A DNA stretch of 64,000 nucleotides from Hypanus sabinus (Eukaryota), in the NCBI RefSeq assembly GCF_030144855.1, contig NC_082715.1:112530001-112594000 (forward strand), given 5' to 3'. Within the stretch, counting starts at the first letter, position 1. Each line of letters opens with the position of its first letter. This document shows positions 37,720 through 50,950 of this stretch, in pieces. The translations under genes and the position numbers were made by a program. Under the pieces are notes generated by a model. The model searched no databases. It was given only the letters and a program-made list of their open reading frames with translations, and was not told the DNA's origin.

Positions 37720-39000
37720 AGCAGGTTGTTGTTTCAGGACTAACTCTGGACCAAATGTATTCCTCCTGTCATTTCAGTTATTTGGCCCGCCTTGTTCCCT
37801 AAGAGGTCTGGCATTGCTTCTTTCTGAGTAAGTTTCTCAATACATTGTGTCAGGAAGCCCTCTGGGATGCACCACATAAATCCTGCCCATTTCAGGCCCT
37901 TTGCCCTCTGAATGCTCAGTTGAATTGAACATTGAAATCTCAGCACCTTACTATTTTCACAACTACAGGCAATTTCTTGACATATCTGGTTCTCAAGTGC
38001 CCATTGACTATAATACAGATCTACTGGTGGTCTATAGATCATTCCCTTCTGATTTTCAAGTTATACTTAGCCTCATTCTATGGTTCCTTAAGAATATCCT
38101 CTCTAAACACTGCTGTTATGCATTCTCCTATCTAAAGGGAACACCCCTCCAGTCTGACCTGTTTCTCTGTCGCACCTTGTCGCACATTGGAATCCCGGAA
38201 CATTGAACTGCCAGTCCTGGCTGCCTTTCAGCCACATTTCTATTACGGCCACAATACCCTAGTCCCTTGAGGGTCTATGTGTTAGTCATATTAGTCTATG
38301 TGTTCAGTTTGTCCCCCCTTACCTGCTAAGCTAAGTGCATTGAAATAGATGCAATTTGAATCAGTGGTCTTGCCTGCCTCTACCTACTTGTCTGCCTCTT
38401 AGGAAATCTGCCGAAGCATGGCTATCCTGATTGTTAGGCTTATACTCTTCAGTTGCTGCACATACCCTGCCACCCACTGCCAATTTAGTTTAAACCTTCC
38501 TTGGTAACAAGGGGCAAATTTCCCCACTAGGGTATGGGTCACTCTCCAGTTCATGTTGACCCATCCCTCTTGAACAGATTTCTTCAAATCCCAGCAGAGA
38601 TCCCAATGATCCATGAACCTGAATCCCTGCCCTCTGCACCTGCCCCTCATCTATGAATTCACCTGGCTTATCTTTTTGTTTCTGGACTCACTAGCTTGGC
38701 GCACTGGGAGTAATTTGGAAGTCCTGCATTTTAATTTCATCCCTAATTTCCTATAGTCATTCTGCAGGACCTTGTCCCCTGTTCTGCCTGTGTTGATTGT
38801 ACCAATGCGTCCACTGACTTCTGGCTAATTATCCTTCACCTTCAGAATGTTCTGCAGCTGCTCAGAGATATTCTTGACTTGGCACTTGGGTGGCAACACA
38901 CCCTCCGGGCATCTGTACTGCAGCCACAGGACCTCCACTGCCACCTTCTTAATCAGGTCTCCTATCACTATTGTCCTGTGTGGCTGCACTTTTTCCAGAT
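37720..39000 (-). mobile_element. CR1-type LINE 5' region (esterase-like ORF1 and APE relic)
   Basis: IVIGD, GFRFMDHWD, NW.VTH.LVG.F ORF1 motifs; IYRPP in the endonuclease. Confidence 0.7.
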
Positions 39001-39284
39001 AGAGTATAAATAGACGGCCCACATCTTTTCCCCACGTGGTCAAAATGTTTAATTTTAGAGGGCATGGATTTACGGTGAGCAGGGGTGATTTATTTTATTT
39101 TTACTGTGTGCTATGTGCCTGGAATGCACTGACAGGGATGGTAGTAGAGGAAAATATGATGGAGGCATTTGAGGGACTCTTAGATAGGTGCATGAGAGAA
39201 TGGACCGAAGTGGACAACGTGTCACCATAGTTAGTCGTTTAATTACTCCAGCGCAACATCGAGGGCTGTTCCTGTGCTCTACTA

Positions 39285-40115
39285 TATTCTATGTTCTGTG
39301 TCTCCCCCGTTCCTGAGAGATGGTTCCAAAGCAAAAGTGCCACAAATGTCCTCTGCGTAATTCAACTTCACTGTCTTCTTCCAGATCAACATCCTGAGTA
39401 TTGAGGCTTTGGTTGCAGACACATTGAGCAGGCTGTGCCATTCGCATGCCTGGAACCAGACTCCTGAATCAGACATTCTACTTTGAGTTCTATCATGGGA
39501 AGAGATGACCAAGCAGATAGAGGAAAAGATTTATGAAAGATGTACAAGAGACTGCAGATATTGGAATCTGGAACAACAAACAATCTGCTGGAAGGACAGA
39601 GACCTGTCTGTGGGAGGGGAAAGGAATTGTGGATATTTTGGGTCAAAACTACGTTGGGACTTGGTCTTGCCCTGATGCATGGTTTTGACTTGATATATTG
39701 ATAGTTCCTTTCCCCCAAGAATGCTGCCCAACTTGCTTAGTTTCTCTAGCAGATTGTTCATTGCCAACGATTAACAAATCTGCTTAAAATCTCCTTGAAG
39801 AAATATAATATCCCCTCTGACCTTTAGGAACCTCTGGCTCATTGTCCTTCAAATTGGGGAAGAAGTCTTCAAGATGTTATCGAGAACCTTGAGTCCATGC
39901 TTCAGGAGAACACAGAAGCCCTGTGTAAGTGTTAGAAGGAATGCACCAGCTCATAAACTGCCCCCACATCCCCCCACCTCCCAGTCCATTACTCACATCT
40001 GCCCCATGTGTGAAAGAGTCTACAGCTCCCACATTGACCTCATCAGCCATCTGAGCACCCAGTGAACTACAGTGGAAACAAGTCATCCTCTTTTCTGAGG
40101 GACTGCCTAAGTAAT
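39285..40115 (+). mobile_element. RTE-clade LINE 3' fragment, interrupted by the hairpin repeat
   Basis: C-terminal CPMCER..SSHIDL.SH zinc-finger-like end and RTE-like 3' UTR. Confidence 0.6.
39545..39768. repeat. Palindromic Penelope-derived hairpin repeat inside an RTE remnant
   Basis: aacaatctgctggaag...ctctagcagattgtt arms; central cctgatgc.tggttttgacttga. Confidence 0.65.
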
Positions 40116-42939
40116 GTCCTCACTTTCGTTTGAAAGTATCCCGAATTGGATGCAGTATTTTTATTGCGTTTGGACCATTGCCTTATCAGCAGGAGACATA
40201 AAAGTCTGTATCTGGAGTAACGTACATATTGCTGGAGGAACTCAGCAGGTCAGGCAGCATCTATGGAGGGAAATGGGTATTCTTATCAATACTGTTACTG
40301 TCTTATCAATATAGTTGTTCTGTTTTTTAAGAGTGGGGAAGAGGTGCAGGAGCAAGTTTCCAGAGCCTGCTTTGCTGTTTACAGAACGAATCTGCCTTGG
40401 CAAATCACTGTTCTCTAAGGTTTTTGGAGGCTGACTGAATCACCCAAATTGGCCTTGAATAAACTTGACTGAGCATGCGTGGATTTCTGGGATAGAGGGA
40501 ATTCCAAAGATTTGCAGATCCCTGAGCAAAGAAATTCCTTCTGTCTTCACCGGTAAATGGTTGACCCTTGAACGTGCAACACTACCCCTGGTCCTGTTTC
40601 TGCAACTTGAGGATGCAGCCTTCTAATATTTGCTTGTGAAACTCTTTTGAACTGTTGTACATAAAGCTTTTGTTTTGAGCTCCGGAACAGTCCTGTTTTC
40701 CTCAGACTCATTGTAGCACAATATCAGTAATCAATTAATCTTTCCTCCAAGTTATTCCTACCAATTGCAGATATTTCTTCATGTTTGCCTGTCTACTCCT
40801 TCCCAAGGTTCTGTTCCTGTGGCCCTTTTAGAACTGGATCCATCTTATAATACTGGCTCTCACCCTTCCTAAATAAAGTATCTGCAAAATGCACCCAGGC
40901 TACTCCAGTGAAACATTACTGAGTCTTTGCCAGCAAGCACAAGGGCAGCAGGTGTAGGGGAATACTACCACTCACAGATTTCCCTCCAAGTTGCATGCCA
41001 TCCTGAATTTGCAATTTATTCACTATAACTAGGTCTAAATCCTGGAACTCCCTCCTCAACACCTTCGCCAGAAGGGATGCAGTAGTCCAAGAAGGGGACT
41101 CGCCCCTCCACCTTCTCAAGGGCAAATTGGAATGAGCGGTAAATGCTGGGTATGTGAAAGATGCCCAGATACTGGGCACCAAAAAAAAACACAGAACTCA
41201 TAACAAACAGTAAAAACCATGAATGTGAGAACTTCTACCTTGTCTTCTCCTGAAGGCGGAAGGGCGATAGGGATAATTGAGAAAGATTTTGAGAGAAGTA
41301 ATTCAGGTTGTAAGTTTTATTTAAAATTGGAATGATGTTTGAGTTGGTGTGGTTATGGAAAAGAGTTTAAGAAAATGCTCTAAAGTACAACCTCTGGGTC
41401 TGAAGGAGTGGGAATGGAGGAATGGTATAGAATCATGGAGTTTTGCAGCTCAGAAACCTGCCCTTCAGACTATCATGTCTATGTTGACCTTTTTTTCTCT
41501 ATCTAGACTAATCTCATTTGCCTGGATTGGGAGGGTGCTCTTTTAAGTTTTGCTTATTTGTGTCTGTCTAAATGTCTCTAAAACATATCTGATTGCAGAC
41601 TTCTAAATATCAGCCACTCTGTGTAAAATATAATCTTGCCCCTCAAATTCCCTTTAGAACTCCTATTTCTTGCCTTAAACCTATGCTTTCTTGTTTCTGA
41701 TACCCCTACTATGAGGGAAAAAAGGACTACCTATGCCTTTTATAATTTTTATAAATCACTTGGCCTCCTTCTTTCAAGGAAAGAATTGATAGAGATATTC
41801 TTCATTGGGAAGTTAATTGAGTTCAACAGGATATTTTAGAATATGATAGCCTGGATAGGAAACCATGGCCTTGTACAGCTTTCAGAAAATTCCAGATCTC
41901 CTGAGGAGTGTGAATCTGTGAATTTTCCTCCTTAATATGAGGTCCACAGAAGGTAACTACACATGTCCATCACCACACATGTGAGCAGCTGATTCAAAGA
42001 CTGCATCATGGTGGCAGATGATTTTGTCTGACTGACCGTGTTTGTGTTTATGCTTGTCTTCCATACAAGCAGTATTCACCCTGCTTTGGCCACTAACCTT
42101 GTCTGTGTCTAATCTGGTATCATGTTCCTGAATTGAGCTGATCCAACTTTCTCTCTGTGTGAACTACCTTCCTGAAATCTTTCCAGTACTTTTGTTTTTT
42201 AAAAGTTGGCAGATCTCCACTCCTGCATCACTTCCTCATAGCAAGCTCTATGTGATGATGTGCTGTAACTTTACCATTGGCTGAACATGCAGTTGTTTTA
42301 AGCTCAGAGTCATGATTCTTCAGAGAGGAGAATTTGCCCCAGGCTACTTTAGCAAGCATGATGAGAGAGACCGGGTAATGTGTGGATGTGGTAGGGTATG
42401 ACTGGAGGATTGGAGATGGCACACTTGGAACGTGTACACACTGAGGTTGTGGCAGGCATGGCTGTGTGGAGGTATAGTGGCACAGATAGTGCAAGAGGGG
42501 GATGTTGGGATGGTAGGATGTTAGGGAGGGACAGAAGTTAGATGTGGGGGTGACTCGGGACATAGGTGGGTGTTTTTTTATTAAGAGATTTAGAGTAGAT
42601 CAGATGTAGGGATGGATAGTGGAGGGGTATGTGGAGATGATGATGGTGGTGGGGGGGAAGGGGCTCTGATTAATTGTTTAAAATTTGGATGCACTTATCA
42701 TTGTGTTTTGGTCTGAAATTCCCTGCTTGCCACAATATCTGGAATTGCATGATCATTCCTTCAAATAGTTTTTCCATTTGTCATGTTGTTTTTCTTGTCG
42801 TGTGGATGTGGCCTTTTTCCAAGTCCCGAAGTCAGAGCCTGGGCAGGTTCCCTTGATACAGGCTGCAGAACTGGTGCTGCCTCTCAACTGCTGCTTCTGC
42901 AGGAGAACTTACATTGCTCAGGTGCAGTTAAAACATCTG

Positions 42940-43020
42940 GTGAGTGCCCCTGGAGTCTTGGCCAACATTGATCAGCTGTATAATATTGTCTGACCATTTA
43001 TTTCATTGTTGTTTGTGGAT
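42940..43020 (+). mobile_element. Possible Deu-SINE (SacSINE1/AmnSINE-like) core fragment
   Basis: cccctggagtcttggccaacatt...tctgaccattta...cattgttgtttgtgg resembles the Deu domain as recalled; a possible 5' piece at ~47185-47260. Confidence 0.4.
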
Positions 43021-43129
43021 GGAGTCATATAACCGGGAAACAGGTCTTTGGCTCAGCTGTTCCATACATCCAAGATTCCCATCTAAGCTAGTTCAATTTG
43101 CTTGCATTGGGTCCAGATCCTCATAACTA

Positions 43130-44708
43130 CAGTGGATTCCAGTTAATTGGACAATCGGTTAATCAGGACAGCCATTTATTTGGTTTAACTCTTAAAGACT
43201 AAAACCTAATTGAGAAAATAGCCAGGATTCCCTTCATTCATTTGAGACATTACGCTGCTTAACTGAGATGGGAACTGCTTCTGAACAGTTTCTAATTATT
43301 GTTAGTTGCATGCACTTGTCTGGCTGTTAGACACTACACAGTGCTTAGAGTGAAAAGTTTCTAAAATAACGTCAGTGGTGTGTGCTTGTGTTACGTTATC
43401 CATTTGGGCAGATGGACGCCAATTCAAAAAGCAGTGATTTTTGATACCTTTATTGTTTTTAAACTTAAAAAAATTTCCAGGGAAGTGAGTGCAAGGGTTA
43501 ATCTTTTATAGGCAGTACAGCTTGTCAATGAGAGTTGGCAAGAAATAAGCTGTAAGACAATTCAGAAAGGTTTTGCTCATTGCAGTTTCAAGGATTCAGG
43601 CTTGGGGATGCCAGAGACAACCGGAGTGAAAATGAAATGATTTCACGATTTTAAGTTAGGAACTACGAAGAATTTGAAGGCATTGGCAATAATCTTGAAT
43701 GTTAAAATGAACATGAAGATTTGGAGGATTGTAAATCATTGAAAGCATTGTATCAAAACAGCAAGGTGGGAAATATGAAGACAAGGAAGATGAGGAAGAT
43801 GATGCATCTGAAAGAGCTAGCGACTGCACAGGATGGCCGGCGGTTTACGACATTACTTCGTGAAGGAAGTTGACTACCTGCGCTATGTGTCTGTACTGAT
43901 TTTGTTCATTTACAATCAGTTAAAAGAACCAGCAGCATACATTGGATGAATTCCCCTGTTGATACCTGTTGGGAATGAATACGTGAATATATAGTATGTT
44001 GTGTTATTGGTGTTCTAATTTGTTCTGTCTTTCATTTAAATACATAAACTGTTACTCAGTTAACCAGTAGTTTGTCTTTTTTCAAAGTTTTAAAGTCTCA
44101 TTTTATTACCAAAACATGATAGCCATAAAGTACAGAAAACCACGGAAGTAGTTGAAAGGAAAACATCAATCCTCTGCCCCTGCCCCCCCGTCCTTTAGTT
44201 GTAATCTTTCCCCCCCCCGCATGAAAAGAAAAAGAAACAAAAACTCTCAAATCCCAAAGCCCTCAACCCCTCCCTCGCATAAAAGCTAACAGATCACCCA
44301 GATGGAGAAACAACAAGAACATCAAACGCCAAACCCCCAGCCCACCAATCAGCAACAAGGAAGAATGGATGAGAAAACGAAAAAAAAACACAGAACTGAA
44401 AGAGGCCAATATGAACTACAGTCCAATCCATAAATCTCAGAATTTCGATAACGTCTCTCAGAGCATCGGGGCCCCTCTGAGGGCAGTGAGCTGGAACCAC
44501 TGGCCCCTTCAAGGGCAGTGACACAAACCAGCGGCCCCTCTGAGGGCAGTGACATGAACTAGTGACTCCTCTGAGGGAACAGACTCAACTCAGAGGACCA
44601 GCGTGAAGCTTTTAAACTATTTCTATAAAACTAGCTAACTGGGAGCAGCCACTTAATTGGACCAAAATGTACTAGTCGTAATGTGTCCTAATTAACCAGA
44701 ACCCACTG
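43130..44708 (+). mobile_element. Tigger/pogo-type DNA transposon remnant with internal insertion
   Basis: TA|CAGTGGATTCCAGTTAATT...AATTAACCAGAACCCACTG|TA; relic DDE_1 C-terminus (ESWQEISCKTIQKGFAHCSF) ~43530-43590. Confidence 0.85.
44468..44590. repeat. ~31-bp minisatellite, about 4 copies (GGCCCCTCTGAGGGCAGTGA...)
   Basis: Recurrent ggcccctctgagggcagtga core. Confidence 0.85.
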
Positions 44709-45693
44709 TATATTCTATCCATATCATTATCCTTTATTACTAATGGACTGCCTTAATCATTTCCTCTTTCATACAGTGATCACCCTCTGGGTGAAAAAGG
44801 TGGCCCCTCAGATTCCTATTAAATCTCTCCCCCTCACCTTAAATCTATGCCCTCTGGTGCTTCATTGCCAGCCCTGGTAAAGAGGTTGCACTTTCACCCT
44901 GTTTTTGTCTCTTATGATTTTTTACATACCTGTGAGGTCATCCCTCATTCTCCAATGCTGCAATGAAAAACTCACGACTTGCTGAATCTCACCCTTCATA
45001 ACTCAGTCCCTTAATTCCTGGCAACGTCTTCATAAATTTCCTGTGTTTTTTTTAGCACTTTTTCCTATCTTGCTGAGTGCAAACAGGGAAATGGTGGGTG
45101 GGGGAGGTGGTATGGTAATTTTCTTACACAGGCCTTCCCCAGTAACAAACAAGTTTAAATTATGCAGATGTCTATAAGTCAATTTTGTCCACATAAGATA
45201 TATTAAAAGGCTCCTGATGTCGTAATCATATCTCCATTGTATTGTAATGAACAGCAGCAAAAATAAACAAGATGATAAAAAGAACCAACTAAAAGTGAAA
45301 GGAGAGAGGAAACTAATTCTGTTTATAGAATAAATGTATGTACATGGGTTAGACATTTTTTTTATAATATGGGAACTCATTTGTATGGAGGGGTATCTAT
45401 ACGTTGGGTTTTCTTTACCTGGGAACATTTGGAGCTACAATTGTGCCAGCATTTGAGAAGTATTTAATTGCATGCGTATATTGCTTCTGGTTATCAGGAG
45501 CTGATAACATTGTCATAAAGAGGACGTATTATTGTCAGAACATATGAAAGAGAAGTTGCAGTTGGCTACTATGCCTCTCACACCTGCCAGTCTGTGAGCT
45601 AATGGTTGACCACTTTTCTCAGCTTGATTTTCCTGCAATGACCCGATATCCTGAGATTCTCCTATATTCAAAAAACAAATATATTTTAAAATA

Positions 45694-46502
45694 CAGTAGG
45701 TTCCGATTAATTGGGCTGATCGGGATATCCACTTATTTGGGACAACTCTTAAAGAACAAAAACTATTTGAGAAAATCGCCAGGATATCCTTCCTTTATTT
45801 GGGACACTATGCCACTTCACTGGGGCAGGAGACTGTTGCCTAACAGTTTCTAACTGAGGTCAGATGTGTGCACTTGTTTGGCCAATAGATGCTACGCCAT
45901 GCTTAGTTCAAACAGTTTTTAAGCTGTGCCAGTTGCATGCACTTGTGTTAAAAAAGTAAGTGATTTTGTCACTGATAATTAGCGAGAAAAATGCAGTAAG
46001 ACAGTTCAGAACTGTTTTGCTGACTGCGATTTCAAGCGTTCAGGCTTGGAGATGACAGAAACAGCCGGGAGTGAAAATGAAACGATTTCATTGTTTCAAC
46101 AAGTTAGGAGCTAAGAAAAATTTGGAGGTATTGACAATCACCTTGAATGTTACAATGAAAATGAAGATTTGGTGGATGCAATCCTTGATAGCTTTGTATG
46201 AAGGCAGTCTATTATTTGCACTAGGTGATTGTGCTGATTTTGTTCATTTACAGTTAAACAAAAGAATGTAGTAGCATACACGTACATTGGATGAATTCCT
46301 CGATAACATTTATGGTACAGTAGTATAGATATTGTTCTGTATGTAATTTAAATACATAATTTGTTACTCAGTTAAACAGTAGTTTGTCTTTTTTTGTAAA
46401 CCTTTTTAATTGTTCCCATGAAACTTTGGCTAATTAGGGCAGCCACTTAATTGGGCCAAAGTGATCTAGTATTGATGTGTCCCAATTAACCAGAATCTCC
46501 TG
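45694..46502 (+). mobile_element. Tigger/pogo-type non-autonomous element, same family
   Basis: TA|CAGTAGGTTCCGATTAATTGGG...CCCAATTAACCAGAATCTCCTG|TA; internal sequence collinear with 43130-44708. Confidence 0.85.
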
Positions 46503-46948
46503 TAGTGTAGTCATGAGGATTGTAGGTGACGTACTTAATTTGTTTTCCCCAAGAGTGGGGAATCACTAAATATAGGGCATAGGTCTAAGGTGAGAGGGGA
46601 GAGATTTATTAGGAGTCTGAGGGGTAACTTTTCCCAAGAATACCTTTCATGAGCCCGTCTCCAACCTCCTCCTAGAACTAACAGCAGTTTTTCCCGGAAC
46701 TCCAGATGCTGATTTAAAAATATTTTCTGTATTTCCAGCATGTGGTAAGTAAATGTACTGAATGATTGAGGGGGGCAGAGAGGATGGGGAAGCCTTTCTG
46801 TCTGTTGGGTGAGGTGGGAAGTGGGTGGTAGAGACAGGTTGAGTTGGGGAATGATTCTGTCTGTGGGGTTGGTGGGAAGAAGCAGTTGGGGCTCTGATTG
46901 ATGAGGTGGTTTGGAGAGCTACAGCTAATTATTTTCCATATCTTCCAG

Positions 46949-47082
46949 TGCTGATGTGTCGTGGTAAAGCTGTGAAGGATTTCGTGGGTCCTGACTGCCG
47001 CTTCCTAAAGTTTAAAGCGGGTGAAACCATTTATGTGTATTATAAATTAGCAGGGAAGAGAAATGACCTCTGGGCTGGAAGT
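46949..47082 (+). CDS. MIA3: MIA3 exon 2 ([45 protein letters not shown])
   Basis: GPDCRF, YVYYKL and WAGS motifs; MLM.RG and YYKL favour MIA3 over MIA2; 134 nt. Confidence 0.93.
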
Positions 47083-47609
47083 GTGAGTAGTGTTTTATGG
47101 CTGTGTTTCTCTGTGTATGTGTCTGTCACATTAAATACCCTTTAACAGGGCCTGTTCACTCTGTTCTTGCATCATGAAAACTCGCTCTGATGCTGAGAGT
47201 TGTGGGTTCAACCCCTCATGCATGACAAGCACCTGATCTCACTGCTGCAGTGTTAAGAGTCATTCGTCCAACCCATCTGTATTAATCTACCTCTACCTCT
47301 TGGCCCGTTGCCTTCTCTGCCAGGGCCATTCACTGATGGTCAAAACACTTCCTAAATATTCTCAGTGACACCACTTCCAGTGCTCTCTCTGACATAGACC
47401 CCCTCAGATGCCTTCTAAATTTCTCGTCCTTACCCTGAATTTACGTTCTTTACATTTATTTTTCTGTGGTAGGGTAGACTGCAGGAAATTACACCTTATC
47501 TATGTCTCTTATTATTTTATATTCAGTACATCAATCCCATCCTCTTTTTCAGGGAGAACAGGGCCAGCTGCAATAGTCTCTCCTCATGACTGAACTGCCC
47601 CACCCCAGC

Positions 47610-48049
47610 TGTTGGATCTCCGTTTAATTTCTGATTGTTAGGTTTCTTCCAGGAATCAAACATGGAAAGCAGTCTTAATTCCAATATTTCAGTTTATTTT
47701 AAAGTACAGACAAACATCCAAATACTAAGCAAATTAAATAAAGAGCTGAAAAACTATCTAAGAGGGGAATTAATGAGTGTAAGACAAGGAATAAAAGAAG
47801 GTGCTTCTGAAAAATCCATCACCTTTATAGATAAGACATTTCTTAGTGATAAATTAGTTTATCAGCCACGTAATTTAAAAAAAATTACATTACGTGGGCA
47901 ATGTGCTAGCACATAGCTAATGAAAAATAAAGTAAAACCATTATTTTAGCTGCTATACCGCTTCCTGCCAGTGAGTGTGAAAATTACAAGTTTGTTAAAA
48001 AAGTACAAATCTTATAAAAGTATTATTAAAGGAACAGTAGTTTTCAACA
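47610..48049 (-). repeat. ERV 3' LTR
   Basis: Starts right after the PPT on minus; TGTT...AACA ends; minus-strand AATAAA ~47693-47698; both ends align to 52017-52070 and 52505-52570. Confidence 0.8.
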
Positions 48050-50742
48050 GTTCCCCCCTTTTTTTTTCAGTAACAGACCCTAGCAGAATCACATTTAAAA
48101 ATTCAAGGTAATCACTTTTAACCAAACACAAAAAATGTAGACTCTGGTAATGTTCAATGAGAATGTGCAACAATTGTATTTGGTTTCGAAGTCTTCCCAC
48201 AGTACTCGTCTCAATCTGGAGTCACTGTAGCTTGCCTGGCGTGTATCCACTTACTTTCATCTTCTACCTTAACTGCTGAATTGGTAATTAACAGTACTTG
48301 TAAGGACCTCCCCACTGAGCTCCCAGGGATTCCTTATGCAGTTTCCAGATTAGGACTCACTCGCCTGGAATCAAGGTGTGTCCTCCTTTCGATGGACCAC
48401 TCCAAGCAGCAGAAACCTGTTAAAAAGCAAATGGATCAGACTGTGTTAGTTTTGCACAATAATCAACTAAGCTATCTGACGTAACACGTACTTCAGCCTC
48501 TCTGAGATCGAGAGCTCCTGGTAGTGATGTAGGTCATCCCGTTACCACTTCAAATGGTCTCAGTTTTGTTTTCTTGTTTGGGTTAGCTGATCCCTGATGC
48601 TGCATAACACCAAAAAGAGACTGTAGGCCATGGTGCGCCTTCCTCGTGATACATAGTCAGCTGTTGTTTGATAATGTCATTCATTCTTTCAACTTGTCCT
48701 GATGACTCTGGATGATGTGGACGATTAAAGAGCATTCCATGTTCATCAGTCGACATAATTCTTGAGAAGCACTCCCAGTGAAATGTGTTCTTTGATCAGA
48801 ATCGATTTGGTAGCTTTTTGTGCTGGGATGGTTTCCACCCATCTTGAAAATGTGCTCTCTATTACTAACACATCTGAATATCTTTGGCACTTCAGTAAAG
48901 TAATAATAGTCCACTTGTAGATGTAAAAATGGATCAGATGGGGCAGGAGTACTAAGTTGAGGTAGCTTCTCTGTTGATCTGGGGTTTTTCTGGAATGTCA
49001 TACGTCTTTCAACTGTTTGTGGTGTTTGCATCCTGAACTTTGGATTCCACTACCATTGCGAGAATCTGCTGATTATTGTTTGTACTCCGATGTGTCGTAA
49101 GGAATGTACCTGCTGTGGCAAGTAAGGAAGCAGCTGAGCTGGGGCCATCAGTCTGTCTCTAGTGCCATATCACCATACTCCATCGTCATTTAATAACCCC
49201 CCATTTTCCATCCAATACCACTTTTCTTCATTTGAACGCTGATGTTGCATTTTTTGAATACCTTGCATGTTCATCTGTGACAGTGTTTCACTTGGTTTCA
49301 GTTCTTGGGTTTTCTCCTTTTTCTTCAGTTTTCTTCATTCCTTTTTCTGCTGCCCTTTTTGTAGTTTCATCTGCAAATGGAATTCCACAGCTTTCCATTG
49401 TGGTCACTTTAATACTTTAACTTCTGGCAGCAGTTGTATGACTTCCATGAGTTTTTGTACTAGGTTGCCATTCTTGATTGGAGTTCCCATGGCTGTGAGA
49501 TATCCTCTTAGTCCCCATAAATTTCCAAAGACATGAACAACTCCAAAAGCATTTTGAGAATCATGTAGATATTAGCTGATCTTCCTTCTGCTAGTTTACA
49601 GGCTTCAACTAAAGCTTTCAGTTCAGCCTCTTTTGCAGAAGTACCAGGAGTCATATATACTGAGGCTATCCCTTCATTTTCTGTGGCAGCAGTCCAACCA
49701 GCCATTTGAAGTACTCTGAAATAGTTGAGGAGCCATCAATGTATAGAATCAGATCTGGGTTCAACAAAGGCATTTCTTTATGATAATTCGCATCTCCTTG
49801 GCATGTTATAGTTCTTGCACAGTCACAATCATCATGGTCTTCCATGTCTACCGACAACAGCGTATATAAGTCGTCTCCGATTCTTGTTCTATTGCTGCAG
49901 ACGAAGGCTGGGAGGCCTGGTCTAGTCATTGTTGCAACTTTGACAGCATCTTCATTACAGTTGTTATTCTACTCTGAAATTATGCCGCCCAGTCAATTTT
50001 TTCCTCGTGAAGTGGGGGTTCAGCTTGCTGTTGAGGTTGTTGTTGACCTTGTGGTCAAGTTGATCTCAAATGCCAACACAATCTAGCCCAAAGTCCTCTT
50101 TTCATCAGCTGGAGACCATTGACCAGTCTATACAGTGCTTATCAGATGTTGATATCCACTCCTTTTATTTGGCAGGTTGTACCACTTCACTGCAGGAAAT
50201 GGAAGTTCCACTCCAATTTGCTTTTGCTAGCTTCATCATTTTGGCAACATCTCATATCAAGCCATCCTCGAAAGTCGACTTCAAAGGGCCATATATAGCT
50301 TCTTCAATATTATCTTCATTTATTCCGGGGACTCCTGAGTAACTGAGCCAAACTGTCCTATAGCAGTCTTCATATTCAGAAACGTCCTCCTAATATTTGT
50401 TTGCAATTGACCACCATCTTCGAATCAGTCTGGTTTCAGACTTGTCCCTCCAACCATGTCTTATTTGCTTCCCAACTGGCTGGTAAATTCTGTTTATCCT
50501 CTCCTATATTATCTTCATCCCACTGTGTCAACTGATTTATTTTCTGAGATGTAAAATTTGATGCCATCATATGGATGCAAATTGTATATATTCTTTATTA
50601 GTTGAAGTTTAGTCCAAGTCCCTAAGCTTCCTTTTTTAGGAAGTGGAATTTCCCTAGACCATTTGTCAATTTTTTCCAGATCTGGTGATTACCTCCTGTT
50701 TCCTTTCATAATCTCGATCATCAGTCTTGTGTGTTTTCTCTC

Positions 50743-50950
50743 CTGCTGCTGCCTATAAGGAGTTTGTATGTTCTCCCAGTGACCGTTTGGGTTTCCTCCA
50801 GGTGCTCTAGTTTCCTCCTACGGTCCAAAATATTTACCAGTTGGTAGGTTAATTGGTCATTGTAAATTGTCCCGTGATTAAATCAGGGGACTTCTGGGTG
50901 GTGCTGCTCAAAGAGCCAGAAGGGCCTATTGCATGATGTATCTCACTAAG
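50743..50950 (+). mobile_element. 5'-truncated V-SINE nested in the ERV
   Basis: GGAGTTTGTATGTTCTCCC...GGGTTTCCTCCAGGTGCTC core; tail similar to the 11070 copy. Confidence 0.78.

Noticed and set aside
42778-42993. Possible cryptic MIA3 exon with a CTG|GTGAGT donor
   Set aside because: No recognisable homology or clear acceptor; MIA3 exons 1 and 2 already join in phase; overlaps a SINE-like relic
44468-44590. CRISPR-like appearance of semi-palindromic repeats with variable gaps
   Set aside because: Vertebrate intron, ~11-nt related spacers, degenerate repeats, no cas genes; an ordinary minisatellite
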